Shown here in pieces: positions 6,897-16,125 of a DNA stretch of 31,867 bases. Source of the stretch: a virus. Its lineage: Duplodnaviria; Caudoviricetes. Position numbers and translations under genes: made by a program. The stretch's first letter is position 1, and each line of letters starts with the position of its first letter. The notes beneath the pieces are model-generated. The model had not been told where the DNA came from. It searched no databases and worked only from the letters and a program-made list of their open reading frames with translations. The stretch spans positions 1 to 31,867 of IMG/VR virus record IMGVR_UViG_3300027743_000068. One strand, written 5' to 3'.

Positions 6897-7564
6897 TTTA
6901 ACTCCTCAATAAAACAATCAAATCCAGCATTTTTGAGCGTTTTAATTTGATTTTCTGCATTATTTTTGTTGCTGTAAGTACCTGCAATTATTCTGTATTT
7001 AATATTTTTTTCTGCCTTTTCTTTGTAAGTTATGCCAAAATACACAAGAATTCCTTTTGCTAGTTCTATGCCTATTTTTTCTATGTTTTCAATAATCCAC
7101 TCAGAATCATCTTTATTATCGTGAAAAGCAACTTCTACCAAAGCAGCTGGGGAATTTGTACTATATAATTCGTACATATGTTTTCCCTGTCCATAGAAAT
7201 TATGTCCTTGCTTAATTCCTCTATCAGAGCTTGGAGTAAGATTAGATATTTTTGTGTAAATTTCTTTTGCTAGTCTATGACCTTCCCCAGTGCTTTTGTG
7301 ACAAAATACTTCACAACCTCGAGATTTGCCAGCATTAGCATTAGTATGTATAGCAAAATGTATAATTGGATTCTTATTATTGCTATCAGTAACAACCTGA
7401 GTCAATGTCATCTCAGGTTTATTTCTGTATACAGTTATGCCATATTCTTTTAATATTTTTTCTGTTATATCGGCAATTTGGTTAGCTCTATACTCTTCAG
7501 TTCCATAATTGCCATAACCTATGTTTTTTTCTTGTGTTGATGGACTCAAATATACTGATTTCAT
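6893..7564 (-). CDS. Endolysin: N-acetylmuramoyl-L-alanine amidase (Amidase_3) plus SPOR domain
   Basis: HFAIHTNA, RGCEVF, ALVEVAFHDN; C-terminal YRIIAGTYSNKNNAENQIKTLKNAGFDCFI is a SPOR repeat. Confidence 0.92.
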   Translation of the reverse strand: MKSVYLSPSTQEKNIGYGNYGTEEYRANQIADITEKILKEYGITVYRNKPEMTLTQVVTDSNNKNPIIHFAIHTNANAGKSRGCEVFCHKSTGEGHRLAKEIYTKISNLTPSSDRGIKQGHNFYGQGKHMYELYSTNSPAALVEVAFHDNKDDSEWIIENIEKIGIELAKGILVYFGITYKEKAEKNIKYRIIAGTYSNKNNAENQIKTLKNAGFDCFIEELK

Positions 7565-7857
7565 TTTATCACCTTTCTAATATTTGCATTTCTTTTGATT
7601 TCTTTGTCATAGTCAATTACTGTATTTTCTTCATTATTTAAATTTTCTGCTTTAATTCTAATATTTGCAATTTCTTGACTCATATTTTTAAGTTTTTTTG
7701 AGTTTTCAAAACTATAATATTTTATCACTTTTAAAATTTCGAAAAATCTGCTTGTAACTTTATACAAGTATATCAAAACAGCTATAAGCGCACTTGTAGC
7801 ACACATAGAAACAATTATTATTGCAATATATAACGCACTTATTACAAAATTATACAT
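7561..7857 (-). CDS. Holin-like membrane protein (TM plus coiled coil)
   Basis: Long N-terminal hydrophobic stretch; ATGA overlap with endolysin; AAGGGTGA RBS favours ATG 7857 over GTG 7869. Confidence 0.5.
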   Translation of the reverse strand: MYNFVISALYIAIIIVSMCATSALIAVLIYLYKVTSRFFEILKVIKYYSFENSKKLKNMSQEIANIRIKAENLNNEENTVIDYDKEIKRNANIRKVIK

Positions 7858-7956
7858 TCTATTATTCACCCTTTTTATTTATTATTTTACATAAAATTAA
7901 CATATAAAAGAATAAATAAAAATATGCATAAGTATTATATCGATACTTCTTAGATG

Positions 7957-8127
7957 TTATGATGTATTCTTGTTTTCGATTTTATTCTTGCCTGCGCCCC
8001 AGACATAACCAGCAATCATGCCTATTATCCAAGTTATGCTTTCCCCAGTTATTATTTTCATGCAGCCAAGGATGGTACAACTAACTAAAATTATTACTGC
8101 GATAATTATTTCTTTTGTTTCGTTCAT
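7957..8127 (-). CDS. Holin-like 2-TM protein
   Basis: AAAGGA RBS before ATG 8127; two TM helices and a basic C-terminus. Confidence 0.55.
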   Translation of the reverse strand: MNETKEIIIAVIILVSCTILGCMKIITGESITWIIGMIAGYVWGAGKNKIENKNTS

Positions 8128-8218
8128 TGCTACCATTCCTTTTATGTTTATTGTTTTTTGCAATTAAATTTCCTGTTACTACTGCGATACTTCCGATTAT
8201 TATTAGCGCCAATTCCAT
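8081..8218 (-). CDS. 45 aa single-TM peptide with basic tail (not in ORF track)
   Basis: AAGGAAGGA RBS; MELALIIIGSIAVVTGNLIAKNNKHKRNGSNERNKRNNYRSNNFS*. Confidence 0.5.
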   Translation of the reverse strand: MELALIIIGSIAVVTGNLIAKNNKHKRNGSNERNKRNNYRSNNFS

Positions 8219-8235
8219 TTTTATTAGTCCTTCCT

Positions 8236-11200
8236 TTATTCAGTTATTAATTTTTTATTTTTCAAAAATTTGTATACTGCTTTGTCTTTTGCTTCTTTGT
8301 ATGTTTTTGCTATTATTTTTACTTTTTCGTCGTCGGATTCTGCGTACTTATAATCATCAGACCTAAATAAATTTTCAATAGCTTTTTTTTGCTCACCTCC
8401 AAGCATTTTGATGTATTCGGATTTATCTTTGCCATCTTTTAAGCTGTATGATATTTTTTCGCCTTCAATTGTTCTTCCGAAATTTTTAAATTTAGGGGTA
8501 TAAGATATTGTATTTTGAGCAACCTTGGGCAATACATCACTATTTTTAGTTTTCTGATATAATTTATCTATTTCTTTTATAGCCTTATCTGTGCTTGCTT
8601 TCGTGCTTCTGGCAGGTGCAAAAAGGTTAGTTACAATGTCCTTGGATTTTAGAGGTTGTCCAAATACATCTCGTTTTATGCCTAGATTTTCACGAGCTTT
8701 AGGAATTCCAGATATCCATTTATTTTTTGCAGTTTTCAAAAATCCTTCCGCTTGAGTTTCTCTCTCGTATCCATCCATAGAAGCTGCTATTTTTTTAATT
8801 ATAGTTGGATTAGCTTGTGTTGTGGATTCAGAAAAGCTTTTTATCATTCCAGTCGCAGGGGAATAGCCAGAGAAAAGATTTAATAATCCTTTCAGCATTG
8901 ATTGACTCATAACCGTATCGATTCCTCCAATAGTGCTAGTTTCAAGCTTGTCTATAAAGGATTCCTTTCCTTGTCCACTTTTATAAAAGTCTGTAGCTGC
9001 TGCCAAGATGTTTCCTACAGGACTTAACCAGTCATAAGAATAATAATTATCTCCAATTTTGATTGAATAATATTGCTCGCCCTTGGCCTTTTGAAATTCT
9101 CTTTTCTTTTCAGATTTTTTGTCTAAAGCTCCGGTTAATATTCCCTTTTCAGCTAGGTTATACCCTAATACTGCTATTCCTGCACCAGTCATCGTTCTTG
9201 ACAGTCTATCTATAAATAATTTTGTATCAATTGGTTTTGACTTGCTTTGTGCTATTTGCTTAGTAAGCTTAGCCAAAGAGACTGGACTATAGTCAATTAA
9301 CTTATCCATCAAATTTGATGGAGTTTGGGTAAAAGGCATAATCAAGTCAAGTGGTGGTACTTTTTTTCGAATAGTTGTCATAGTTTTTGCAATTGTACTA
9401 TTGTTTTGAAATACTTTATCAAGTGCATATAATTTAGCATTATTAATCATTTCTGGTGTATTTTTTTTAGTTTTATTAATTATACTTAATTCTTTTAATC
9501 TAGCCTGATAAGCTGCTTCATAGAATGGCCTATCAGTAACCATTTTTCTGACGATCTGATCGGCTGCATTAAGCACTTTGTTTTTATATACTCTTTTTCC
9601 AGCTAGTTCAAAATTTTCTCTTGCTGGGTTGGTGTCTATCCACTCTTTATATTTAATGCTGTCTTTTATATCTCTTCCTATGTCTGCTATACCTTTTCCA
9701 AATCCTTTTCCATAGGCAATATATTTACTAGGAGACATTATTGTTGTTCTTCCGCTTGCAGCTTTATATTTTATTGGAGCAACAAGGCTTTTTGTTCTTA
9801 CTGCTGCGGTTAAATAGTCGATTGGCGCAGCAACAAAGTTTTCTCTTATTCCTATGTCAACCAAGCTAGTCAAAGCATTAGATATATTGTTTCGCGCTGT
9901 TGTAGATGGAGTAGAAAGCATTGTTATGCGCTGGAATGCTCGAAATTTTTCCCTACCGGTTGAGCCTTCAAGGTCGCTTATTTTCTGCATTGCTCTAGTT
10001 TTTTCTAGCAATACTTGTCTATCTGCATATTGAGTAGCCTTATATATATCTTTTGGACTAGGATTTTGCTTATTACCTTGTAAATTTTTAAGCTTAGATT
10101 GATAAACATTATCATAGAATGTTTTTGACCTAGCATTGTCATACCTAGTTTTTATATAGTTATATTCTTCTTGTGTAAGTTTTCCTAGGGCATAAGCGTC
10201 CTTTACTTTTGCTGTTACATCAGATAATCTTTTTTCTTTTCCAGATAAAATTTTAAGATTTAATTCTATTTCATTTTTGTTTGCAGTTTTATTTTTTTCT
10301 AATTCTTTTATGGTGCTTTTAAGTTCTTGCACTTCTGTTTTAAGATTAGATTCTTTATTTAACAGGTATTCAGGTGCATTAGCTTTAACTTTATTGGATG
10401 TAGCAAGTTTTAACATGCCCTCTGTTGTCTGTCTATCCCATACTGCCATTGCTTGTATGAATTGACCTGACTTAGAGCCTTTTAGTGTTAATTCTGTTAA
10501 GACTTCATTTGCTTTATCTAAATCGCCTTTTTTGGTATGGTACTCATGCAAAGCCATAAGATCGTGTGCGTCATCTGCTGTAAGTGCATTTTTATTCTTT
10601 ATATTTGTAAAAATCTTGTCCGGATTATTTTTGCTTAGTCTTTCCCTTGCATTGTCCCAATCCTGCTGATTTACTGTAGTTTCATATTCGGTCGGGCGTT
10701 TTTCACTAAGGTATTTTTTGAATTCGGGATCTGTTTTATCGGAATTCAAAACAGTTTGTTCATGCCTAGATTCTTTCGTTGGATTATTTTTTATAGTTTT
10801 ATTTGTATATGGAGCTTGTTTTGGTGGTGCATAAGCTTTTTTGATGTTTTTGGAGTTAATATAATTTGTTGCTTCTTTTTCTGTAAAGTCTAATTCTTTC
10901 CATATTTTGCTTGGTTGTTCAAATCCTTGCGAAGTTGTAAAACCTTCTCTCAAGTGCATTTCTGCAATTTCAACCAAGTCATTTTTGCTTGGAGGTCTAT
11001 TGTTTTTCTTTACAAATTCTACATACCAAGGTTCTTTGTAAGATACTGTGCCGGTTCTACCAATTACATCTCCATGCATATCTACATTTAAGCCGCCTTT
11101 TTCATATCCAAGTTTCATGGTTGGCTTTAAATATTTATTTATGTGGCTATCCATAACATATTTTTTGCTTAGCTTAGATTCTTCGGCAACTCCTTTGATT

Positions 11201-13359
11201 TGCTGTATTGTCATTTTCGAGTAATCAATGCCAGATTTTTTGAGCTTAAATTTGCCTTTTTCTTTCACGAGTTTATATATATTTTTACTTTTTGGCTGAG
11301 TAACTTTACTTTGCTCTGTTTTTGTAGGTTCTTCGACTTTAACAGATTCTCTTTTTACTTCTTTTACATTTGTTTCTTCTATTATTTTACTTTTTGAAAC
11401 TGTAGTATCTATAGGTTTTGTAGTTTCTAGCCTGCCTTTTTCAAAATCTTTTATATATGCCTGTCTCAAATAGTCAGGTTCAAAAAAGTCATAGTTTTTA
11501 TGGCTTCCTTTGCCTCCATATGTTTTGCGGAGTGTATCTCCTACTGCATATTTGGGCTCTGTGCTTTTGTATCCTTCTATGCTGTCTTTCCAGTGTTCAA
11601 GTTCGTGCCTTAATGCACCAACTTGATTGTCGAAGGATTTAGAGGGGTTTATGCTTATTCTTATTTCTGTATCCGTTTTAATGCCATCTTTCGGCATTAT
11701 TATTTTAGCATATTTATTATTACTTCTCAGTGATCTATTTATTTTAAAATTGTTAGGAAGGTTATATTTCTGTTTATAATAATTAACCACATCTTCAAGT
11801 GTTCGAGAATTAGATTTATTAATTATTCTGTTTCCTATATCTTTTGTAAGTCTATCAATCGCCTTTATTCTATTGTCTTTATCTAACTTTTTATCTAAAT
11901 TATAATAACTGTCAAATTTATTTTTATCTTTTAAAACTTCTTCAGATATATTTAATTTTGTTTTCTTTACTTCAGGTTTTTTAATTTGTTTTTCAGATAT
12001 ATTTTTTTGTTCAATAGTGTACAAAGATTCTATTTTACTAACCTTTTTAATTTGTTCTTGAGCTTTTTTTATTTGAGTTTCAGAACTTTTAGGGTTATCT
12101 ACTATTGATTGATAAACTTTAGCCAAGTCATTTTGTGTTGGTTTTGCTTTGTAGTAATCTGCTGGTACTCTGCCATATTTTTTTAGTTCTTCAGGTGTAT
12201 ATATTTTAGTTATTTCTTTTTTTGTTGTTGCAGATCGGCCGGTCCAAGTTTTATTTTTATTTATAATTGGTTTAATTTTATTTGTTTCCAAGTCAATCCT
12301 TGGTTGCGTTTTGAATCCTTCTATTTCCGCATTATTTGTATCTAATACTTTTTGTTTTAGTCCTAATCCTCTATTTACTTTTATATTTCCCCTATAGTTT
12401 GGGGTGTCTTGTAGGCCGGTTTTGACATCTGCCATATTTGATGTTTCTGGCATAGTTAAACCCTCGTCTAATCCATTTTTTATCGCTCCAGCTCCAAATT
12501 TTACACCTTTTACGCCGGCTAAAATGCCAGTACTAAATATAGCGTCTACCAATCCTCTTTGCAGTGTTTCTTTTACGTTTAATCCTTGTTTTTGCTGTTG
12601 TAAAGCCGTAATTGGGGCTGATGTTAAAACGCCTTCCGAAATTGTGCTTGTTACAGGTGCTATATATTTAGCTAATGTTGGATTAAGTTTTTGAAGTATA
12701 TTATTTGCTATTTTAGTTGTTCCGATTTTTGCAATTGTTTTATCTGCAATAGTTTGCGTTACTCCGCCTATGCTACTTCCTATTCCTCCAACCGGGGCTA
12801 AATATCCTGCCAAACTTCCTGTTATTGCGGTAGCAACATCTATAACTTTGTTTCCGGTCGGTTTAATTGCTTTTGCCTGTTCTCCTGTTGTTGCTGCCAT
12901 CAAATATTCATCGAAATTGCTTTTTATTTGTCCGAATGTTGTATCTAGTTCTTTTCTTTTTCTTTTTGCCTCAGTGTTATATCTCTGTTGCTTTTCACCT
13001 ATCGTCGAAGTCTTTCCAAATCCATATCTCAAAAATTTTTGTACAGGATTTAATTTTTCTCCTAAAAATTCTTCAGATGTCATTTTATTTATATCGTTTT
13101 TTTTAGGAGTAGCTCTAATACTCTCTATGCCTGCATAATCTCTTTGTATTTTTTTAGTCCTGGTCTTTTTTTCTTTCTCTCCTATGCTTATCTTTGGTTG
13201 CGCCCTAACGGCTTCTATGCCTGCATATCCTGTTTGTATTTTCTTTTCATTTTCTTCTCTCTTTTTTAATTGCTCTCTTTGCATATTTAACCTGTCTAAT
13301 TTACCAACAAATTCTAAGTATTTTTTATTGTTATAATTAAAAGTATCTTTTTTAGCCAT
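8236..13359 (-). CDS. Large virion internal/ejection (polyvalent-type) protein with HExxH metallopeptidase-like region
   Basis: About 1707 aa from ATG 13359 (GAGGT RBS); last structural gene; G/A-rich amphipathic N-terminal part, LRHELEHW motif, long helical C-terminal half. Confidence 0.75.
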   Translation of the reverse strand: MAKKDTFNYNNKKYLEFVGKLDRLNMQREQLKKREENEKKIQTGYAGIEAVRAQPKISIGEKEKKTRTKKIQRDYAGIESIRATPKKNDINKMTSEEFLGEKLNPVQKFLRYGFGKTSTIGEKQQRYNTEAKRKRKELDTTFGQIKSNFDEYLMAATTGEQAKAIKPTGNKVIDVATAITGSLAGYLAPVGGIGSSIGGVTQTIADKTIAKIGTTKIANNILQKLNPTLAKYIAPVTSTISEGVLTSAPITALQQQKQGLNVKETLQRGLVDAIFSTGILAGVKGVKFGAGAIKNGLDEGLTMPETSNMADVKTGLQDTPNYRGNIKVNRGLGLKQKVLDTNNAEIEGFKTQPRIDLETNKIKPIINKNKTWTGRSATTKKEITKIYTPEELKKYGRVPADYYKAKPTQNDLAKVYQSIVDNPKSSETQIKKAQEQIKKVSKIESLYTIEQKNISEKQIKKPEVKKTKLNISEEVLKDKNKFDSYYNLDKKLDKDNRIKAIDRLTKDIGNRIINKSNSRTLEDVVNYYKQKYNLPNNFKINRSLRSNNKYAKIIMPKDGIKTDTEIRISINPSKSFDNQVGALRHELEHWKDSIEGYKSTEPKYAVGDTLRKTYGGKGSHKNYDFFEPDYLRQAYIKDFEKGRLETTKPIDTTVSKSKIIEETNVKEVKRESVKVEEPTKTEQSKVTQPKSKNIYKLVKEKGKFKLKKSGIDYSKMTIQQIKGVAEESKLSKKYVMDSHINKYLKPTMKLGYEKGGLNVDMHGDVIGRTGTVSYKEPWYVEFVKKNNRPPSKNDLVEIAEMHLREGFTTSQGFEQPSKIWKELDFTEKEATNYINSKNIKKAYAPPKQAPYTNKTIKNNPTKESRHEQTVLNSDKTDPEFKKYLSEKRPTEYETTVNQQDWDNARERLSKNNPDKIFTNIKNKNALTADDAHDLMALHEYHTKKGDLDKANEVLTELTLKGSKSGQFIQAMAVWDRQTTEGMLKLATSNKVKANAPEYLLNKESNLKTEVQELKSTIKELEKNKTANKNEIELNLKILSGKEKRLSDVTAKVKDAYALGKLTQEEYNYIKTRYDNARSKTFYDNVYQSKLKNLQGNKQNPSPKDIYKATQYADRQVLLEKTRAMQKISDLEGSTGREKFRAFQRITMLSTPSTTARNNISNALTSLVDIGIRENFVAAPIDYLTAAVRTKSLVAPIKYKAASGRTTIMSPSKYIAYGKGFGKGIADIGRDIKDSIKYKEWIDTNPARENFELAGKRVYKNKVLNAADQIVRKMVTDRPFYEAAYQARLKELSIINKTKKNTPEMINNAKLYALDKVFQNNSTIAKTMTTIRKKVPPLDLIMPFTQTPSNLMDKLIDYSPVSLAKLTKQIAQSKSKPIDTKLFIDRLSRTMTGAGIAVLGYNLAEKGILTGALDKKSEKKREFQKAKGEQYYSIKIGDNYYSYDWLSPVGNILAAATDFYKSGQGKESFIDKLETSTIGGIDTVMSQSMLKGLLNLFSGYSPATGMIKSFSESTTQANPTIIKKIAASMDGYERETQAEGFLKTAKNKWISGIPKARENLGIKRDVFGQPLKSKDIVTNLFAPARSTKASTDKAIKEIDKLYQKTKNSDVLPKVAQNTISYTPKFKNFGRTIEGEKISYSLKDGKDKSEYIKMLGGEQKKAIENLFRSDDYKYAESDDEKVKIIAKTYKEAKDKAVYKFLKNKKLITE

Positions 13360-13360
13360 C

Positions 13361-14122
13361 TTAATACCTCTTTGCTTTAACAAGTTTGGATTGCCAATAC
13401 TTTTTCGTAAAGTCTTCTATTTTTACGCCTTTAGAGCTGCTTGCATGTAACATTTGTCCATTTCCCTGATATATTCCGACATGGTCAACTTCCTTGTTAT
13501 TTCCTTCTATTGTATTAAAAAATACAAGATCGCCAGGTTGCAAGTCTGAGTAATTAACAGTTTTTCCGCCTTTTGATTGTTCTGCGGCTGTCCTTGGTAA
13601 TTTTATACCTTGCTGTTTAAATAATTGCTGAGTCAATCCACTACAATCTACGCCTTTCGAAAGATTGTTTCCGCCCCATACATACTTAGTGCCTATATAT
13701 TTTTGCCCTTCCTGCAATATTGCAGATTTATTTATATTTTCATTATTGTAATTATCGCCAAAACTTGTTTGAGATTGATTATTTATGCTTCTTAATCTAC
13801 TTAACATGTCTTGAGTGGTATTGTTTTGATTTGCGACAATATTTTGACTCATATTAATGCCTTGGCTTATATTACTTTTATTTGAGCCAAGAATGCTATT
13901 TATTTTATTTTTTTGCAAATCAGTAGAAAAATATGAGTTATTTAATTTACTTTGATTATTTTGCATTGTAGGAGGATTTATATTGTTTATAGGTTGTTGC
14001 TGTATTTGCAAGGGTTTATTTATGTTTTGTTGAGTAATGATATTGTTAACTCTTTCTCTTCTTATTTGCTGCATTTCTTTTATTTTTGTTATAGTATCGT
14101 TTTGCATTAAATTATTTAGCAT
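13361..14122 (-). CDS. NlpC/P60 peptidoglycan endopeptidase, probably virion-associated
   Basis: YVWGG, GVDCSGL, LQPGDLVFF, HVGIY, HASS: Cys-His-His triad complete; Q/N-rich N-terminus; AGGTG RBS favours ATG 14122. Confidence 0.93.
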   Translation of the reverse strand: MLNNLMQNDTITKIKEMQQIRRERVNNIITQQNINKPLQIQQQPINNINPPTMQNNQSKLNNSYFSTDLQKNKINSILGSNKSNISQGINMSQNIVANQNNTTQDMLSRLRSINNQSQTSFGDNYNNENINKSAILQEGQKYIGTKYVWGGNNLSKGVDCSGLTQQLFKQQGIKLPRTAAEQSKGGKTVNYSDLQPGDLVFFNTIEGNNKEVDHVGIYQGNGQMLHASSSKGVKIEDFTKKYWQSKLVKAKRY

Positions 14123-14133
14123 AATCACACCTA

Positions 14134-15633
14134 CTATGTCAAAGTTTTTTCTATATCATCAGGCAAGTCAAAACTATACTTGATGGATAATTGATATAAA
14201 AACGCTGGACTGACACCGCTATTGTATAGTCGTAAAAATTCTGCTGCTGCTTTTTTCTTTTGCTCCTTGGAGTTGCTTTTTATTGCGCTGCTTCCAGCTA
14301 CTTTGTTAACAAATGTTGTATCTGCTTCTTTGTAAGTTAATGTACTAGCAGTACTTGATGTACCTTGGTTTTTAAGTTGGCTTGTCTTTTCTTTTGTAGC
14401 CGTTGTATTTGCTTTTGTTAGTCCTGTATTTGCTTTTGTGTTTTCTATTTCTGCCTGCAAGGCTTCTATGTTCTTCTTTGCTGTATCCATGCTTATTTTA
14501 CCAGCCTCAACATCTTGCCACAATTTGGCAAGTTCGGCTTGTTTTGCTGGGGCTAAATAATCTAGTTCGGTATCCAATACTTTATTCTCTAGTATCTGCC
14601 GTTGCACATTAGGATTATTAGCTGATTTGTTCCATAAAAAATTATCAAGTTCTAATTGGTATTGTTGTCCAAATTGTAAGTCTGATACTGTATCTCTTGT
14701 TTTCTGATAATCAAAAGTTTTATTTTGATACATTTGATTCCAGCTTTGTTGTTCTTTAGCCATGTCTATATTAGAACCGTCCATGGTTCTTAGGTCTCCC
14801 CAATTTCCGGTCAATCCAGCCTCTACGACTTTATTTGCAAAGGTATCTTGTCCTCTTCCGTATCTTGTTTCATCAAGCAGTTGCAAGTTTGACAATTTTT
14901 GCTGTTCTGCTCCAAGATTTGTATTGTATTGGTCTAGTGCTTGTTGTCTATATGTAGGCACAAGGTTTATCGCTGCTTGTGCTGCTGCTTGTGCTGCTGC
15001 ATTATTCGTACTATCGCTATATAGCATATTTCTTCTTGCTGCTGCTTTCTGCACTGCTTCTATCGCTGTATTACTTGCTTGTGTTTGAGCTGTTTTTAGT
15101 GCTGCGTCTTGTGTAGAGTCATAGTTAAAAGGCGTATAGCTCATAAGTCTCATAAGTTGGTCGTTTAGTGCACTTGAATAAGGAGTATCTTGAGTTGTTG
15201 GCACTAAGGATTGTTTGGATGTTGCTTGATTTGCATTTAATTTATCAAGTGGTGCTAATAAATTATTGTACTGGTCTTGTGTTCCAGTCCAAGAACCATT
15301 TACAAGTTGCATTCCGTATGCCTTGGGGTCTACGGCAATTCCATTTATTGTAGGAGTAGAGCCAATATTGCTAAGTTCATATTTTTTGTCGCCTGTAAGT
15401 CCACCGCCTGTAATATACTCCCTAAAAGTAGGTGTTGCCAAGGTACTTTTTTGACTTTCAGCTAAGTTACTTAATTTCCATTGACTTTGCATGCTTGGGT
15501 TATCTGCAATTTTAGTCTGTCTTGCTGCTGTCCATTTATCTATGTCTGTCTGACTCGCTGCCGCCCCTTTAGCTTTTTCAGCATTTATAAGAGCTTGATA
15601 ATCTGTATTAAGATTATATAGTTTTGTAGCCAT
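14134..15633 (-). CDS. Putative ejection/internal virion protein (A/Q-rich coiled coil)
   Basis: GAGGTG RBS; helical A/Q-rich composition; lies between nozzle and lytic enzyme. Confidence 0.6.
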   Translation of the reverse strand: MATKLYNLNTDYQALINAEKAKGAAASQTDIDKWTAARQTKIADNPSMQSQWKLSNLAESQKSTLATPTFREYITGGGLTGDKKYELSNIGSTPTINGIAVDPKAYGMQLVNGSWTGTQDQYNNLLAPLDKLNANQATSKQSLVPTTQDTPYSSALNDQLMRLMSYTPFNYDSTQDAALKTAQTQASNTAIEAVQKAAARRNMLYSDSTNNAAAQAAAQAAINLVPTYRQQALDQYNTNLGAEQQKLSNLQLLDETRYGRGQDTFANKVVEAGLTGNWGDLRTMDGSNIDMAKEQQSWNQMYQNKTFDYQKTRDTVSDLQFGQQYQLELDNFLWNKSANNPNVQRQILENKVLDTELDYLAPAKQAELAKLWQDVEAGKISMDTAKKNIEALQAEIENTKANTGLTKANTTATKEKTSQLKNQGTSSTASTLTYKEADTTFVNKVAGSSAIKSNSKEQKKKAAAEFLRLYNSGVSPAFLYQLSIKYSFDLPDDIEKTLT

Positions 15634-15642
15634 ATTTCACCT

Positions 15643-16125
15643 CTATTTAAAAACTTGCCATACACAAGCAACAATAACACAAGTGTGTGCGGATGTGTCA
15701 GTGTTGGAAAGTTTAATTTTTATCTTATCTCCTGAAATATAAATAGAATTTAACTGTATATAAGCACCAAGCGTACTTCCAGCACTGCCTGGAAATAAAT
15801 AACCTTCAACCTGATAAGCATTTATGGTGTTGCCATTTTGCAAAATGCAGCCATTTTCTATTGTATTAAAAAGAATGTTATAACCATAGTTAGAAGCTAC
15901 TTTCAAGATTAAATTACCGTTTGTATAGCCATTTCCTATTGTTATTTCTTTCTCTACCGTTGCCCCTGCTGAAATAGATTCGTTTACCGTAAAATCTGTC
16001 GCATTTACAGATTTATTAGAGGAAGATTCAATAGAATTAAAGGCCATTCTTAATTTTTTATTTAGATTTATTATTAAGTCTTGAATTGTTGTTATTGTTT
16101 CTGGGGGAATATTTATCCATTTCAT
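15643..16125 (-). CDS. Hypothetical virion protein
   Basis: ATGA overlap with nozzle; N-terminal helix plus beta-rich C-terminus. Confidence 0.55.
   Translation of the reverse strand: MKWINIPPETITTIQDLIINLNKKLRMAFNSIESSSNKSVNATDFTVNESISAGATVEKEITIGNGYTNGNLILKVASNYGYNILFNTIENGCILQNGNTINAYQVEGYLFPGSAGSTLGAYIQLNSIYISGDKIKIKLSNTDTSAHTCVIVACVWQVFK

Noticed and set aside
8236-13383. Tape measure protein or virion RNA polymerase
   Set aside because: No tube/chaperone genes, no regular TMP repeats, no polymerase motifs recognised.
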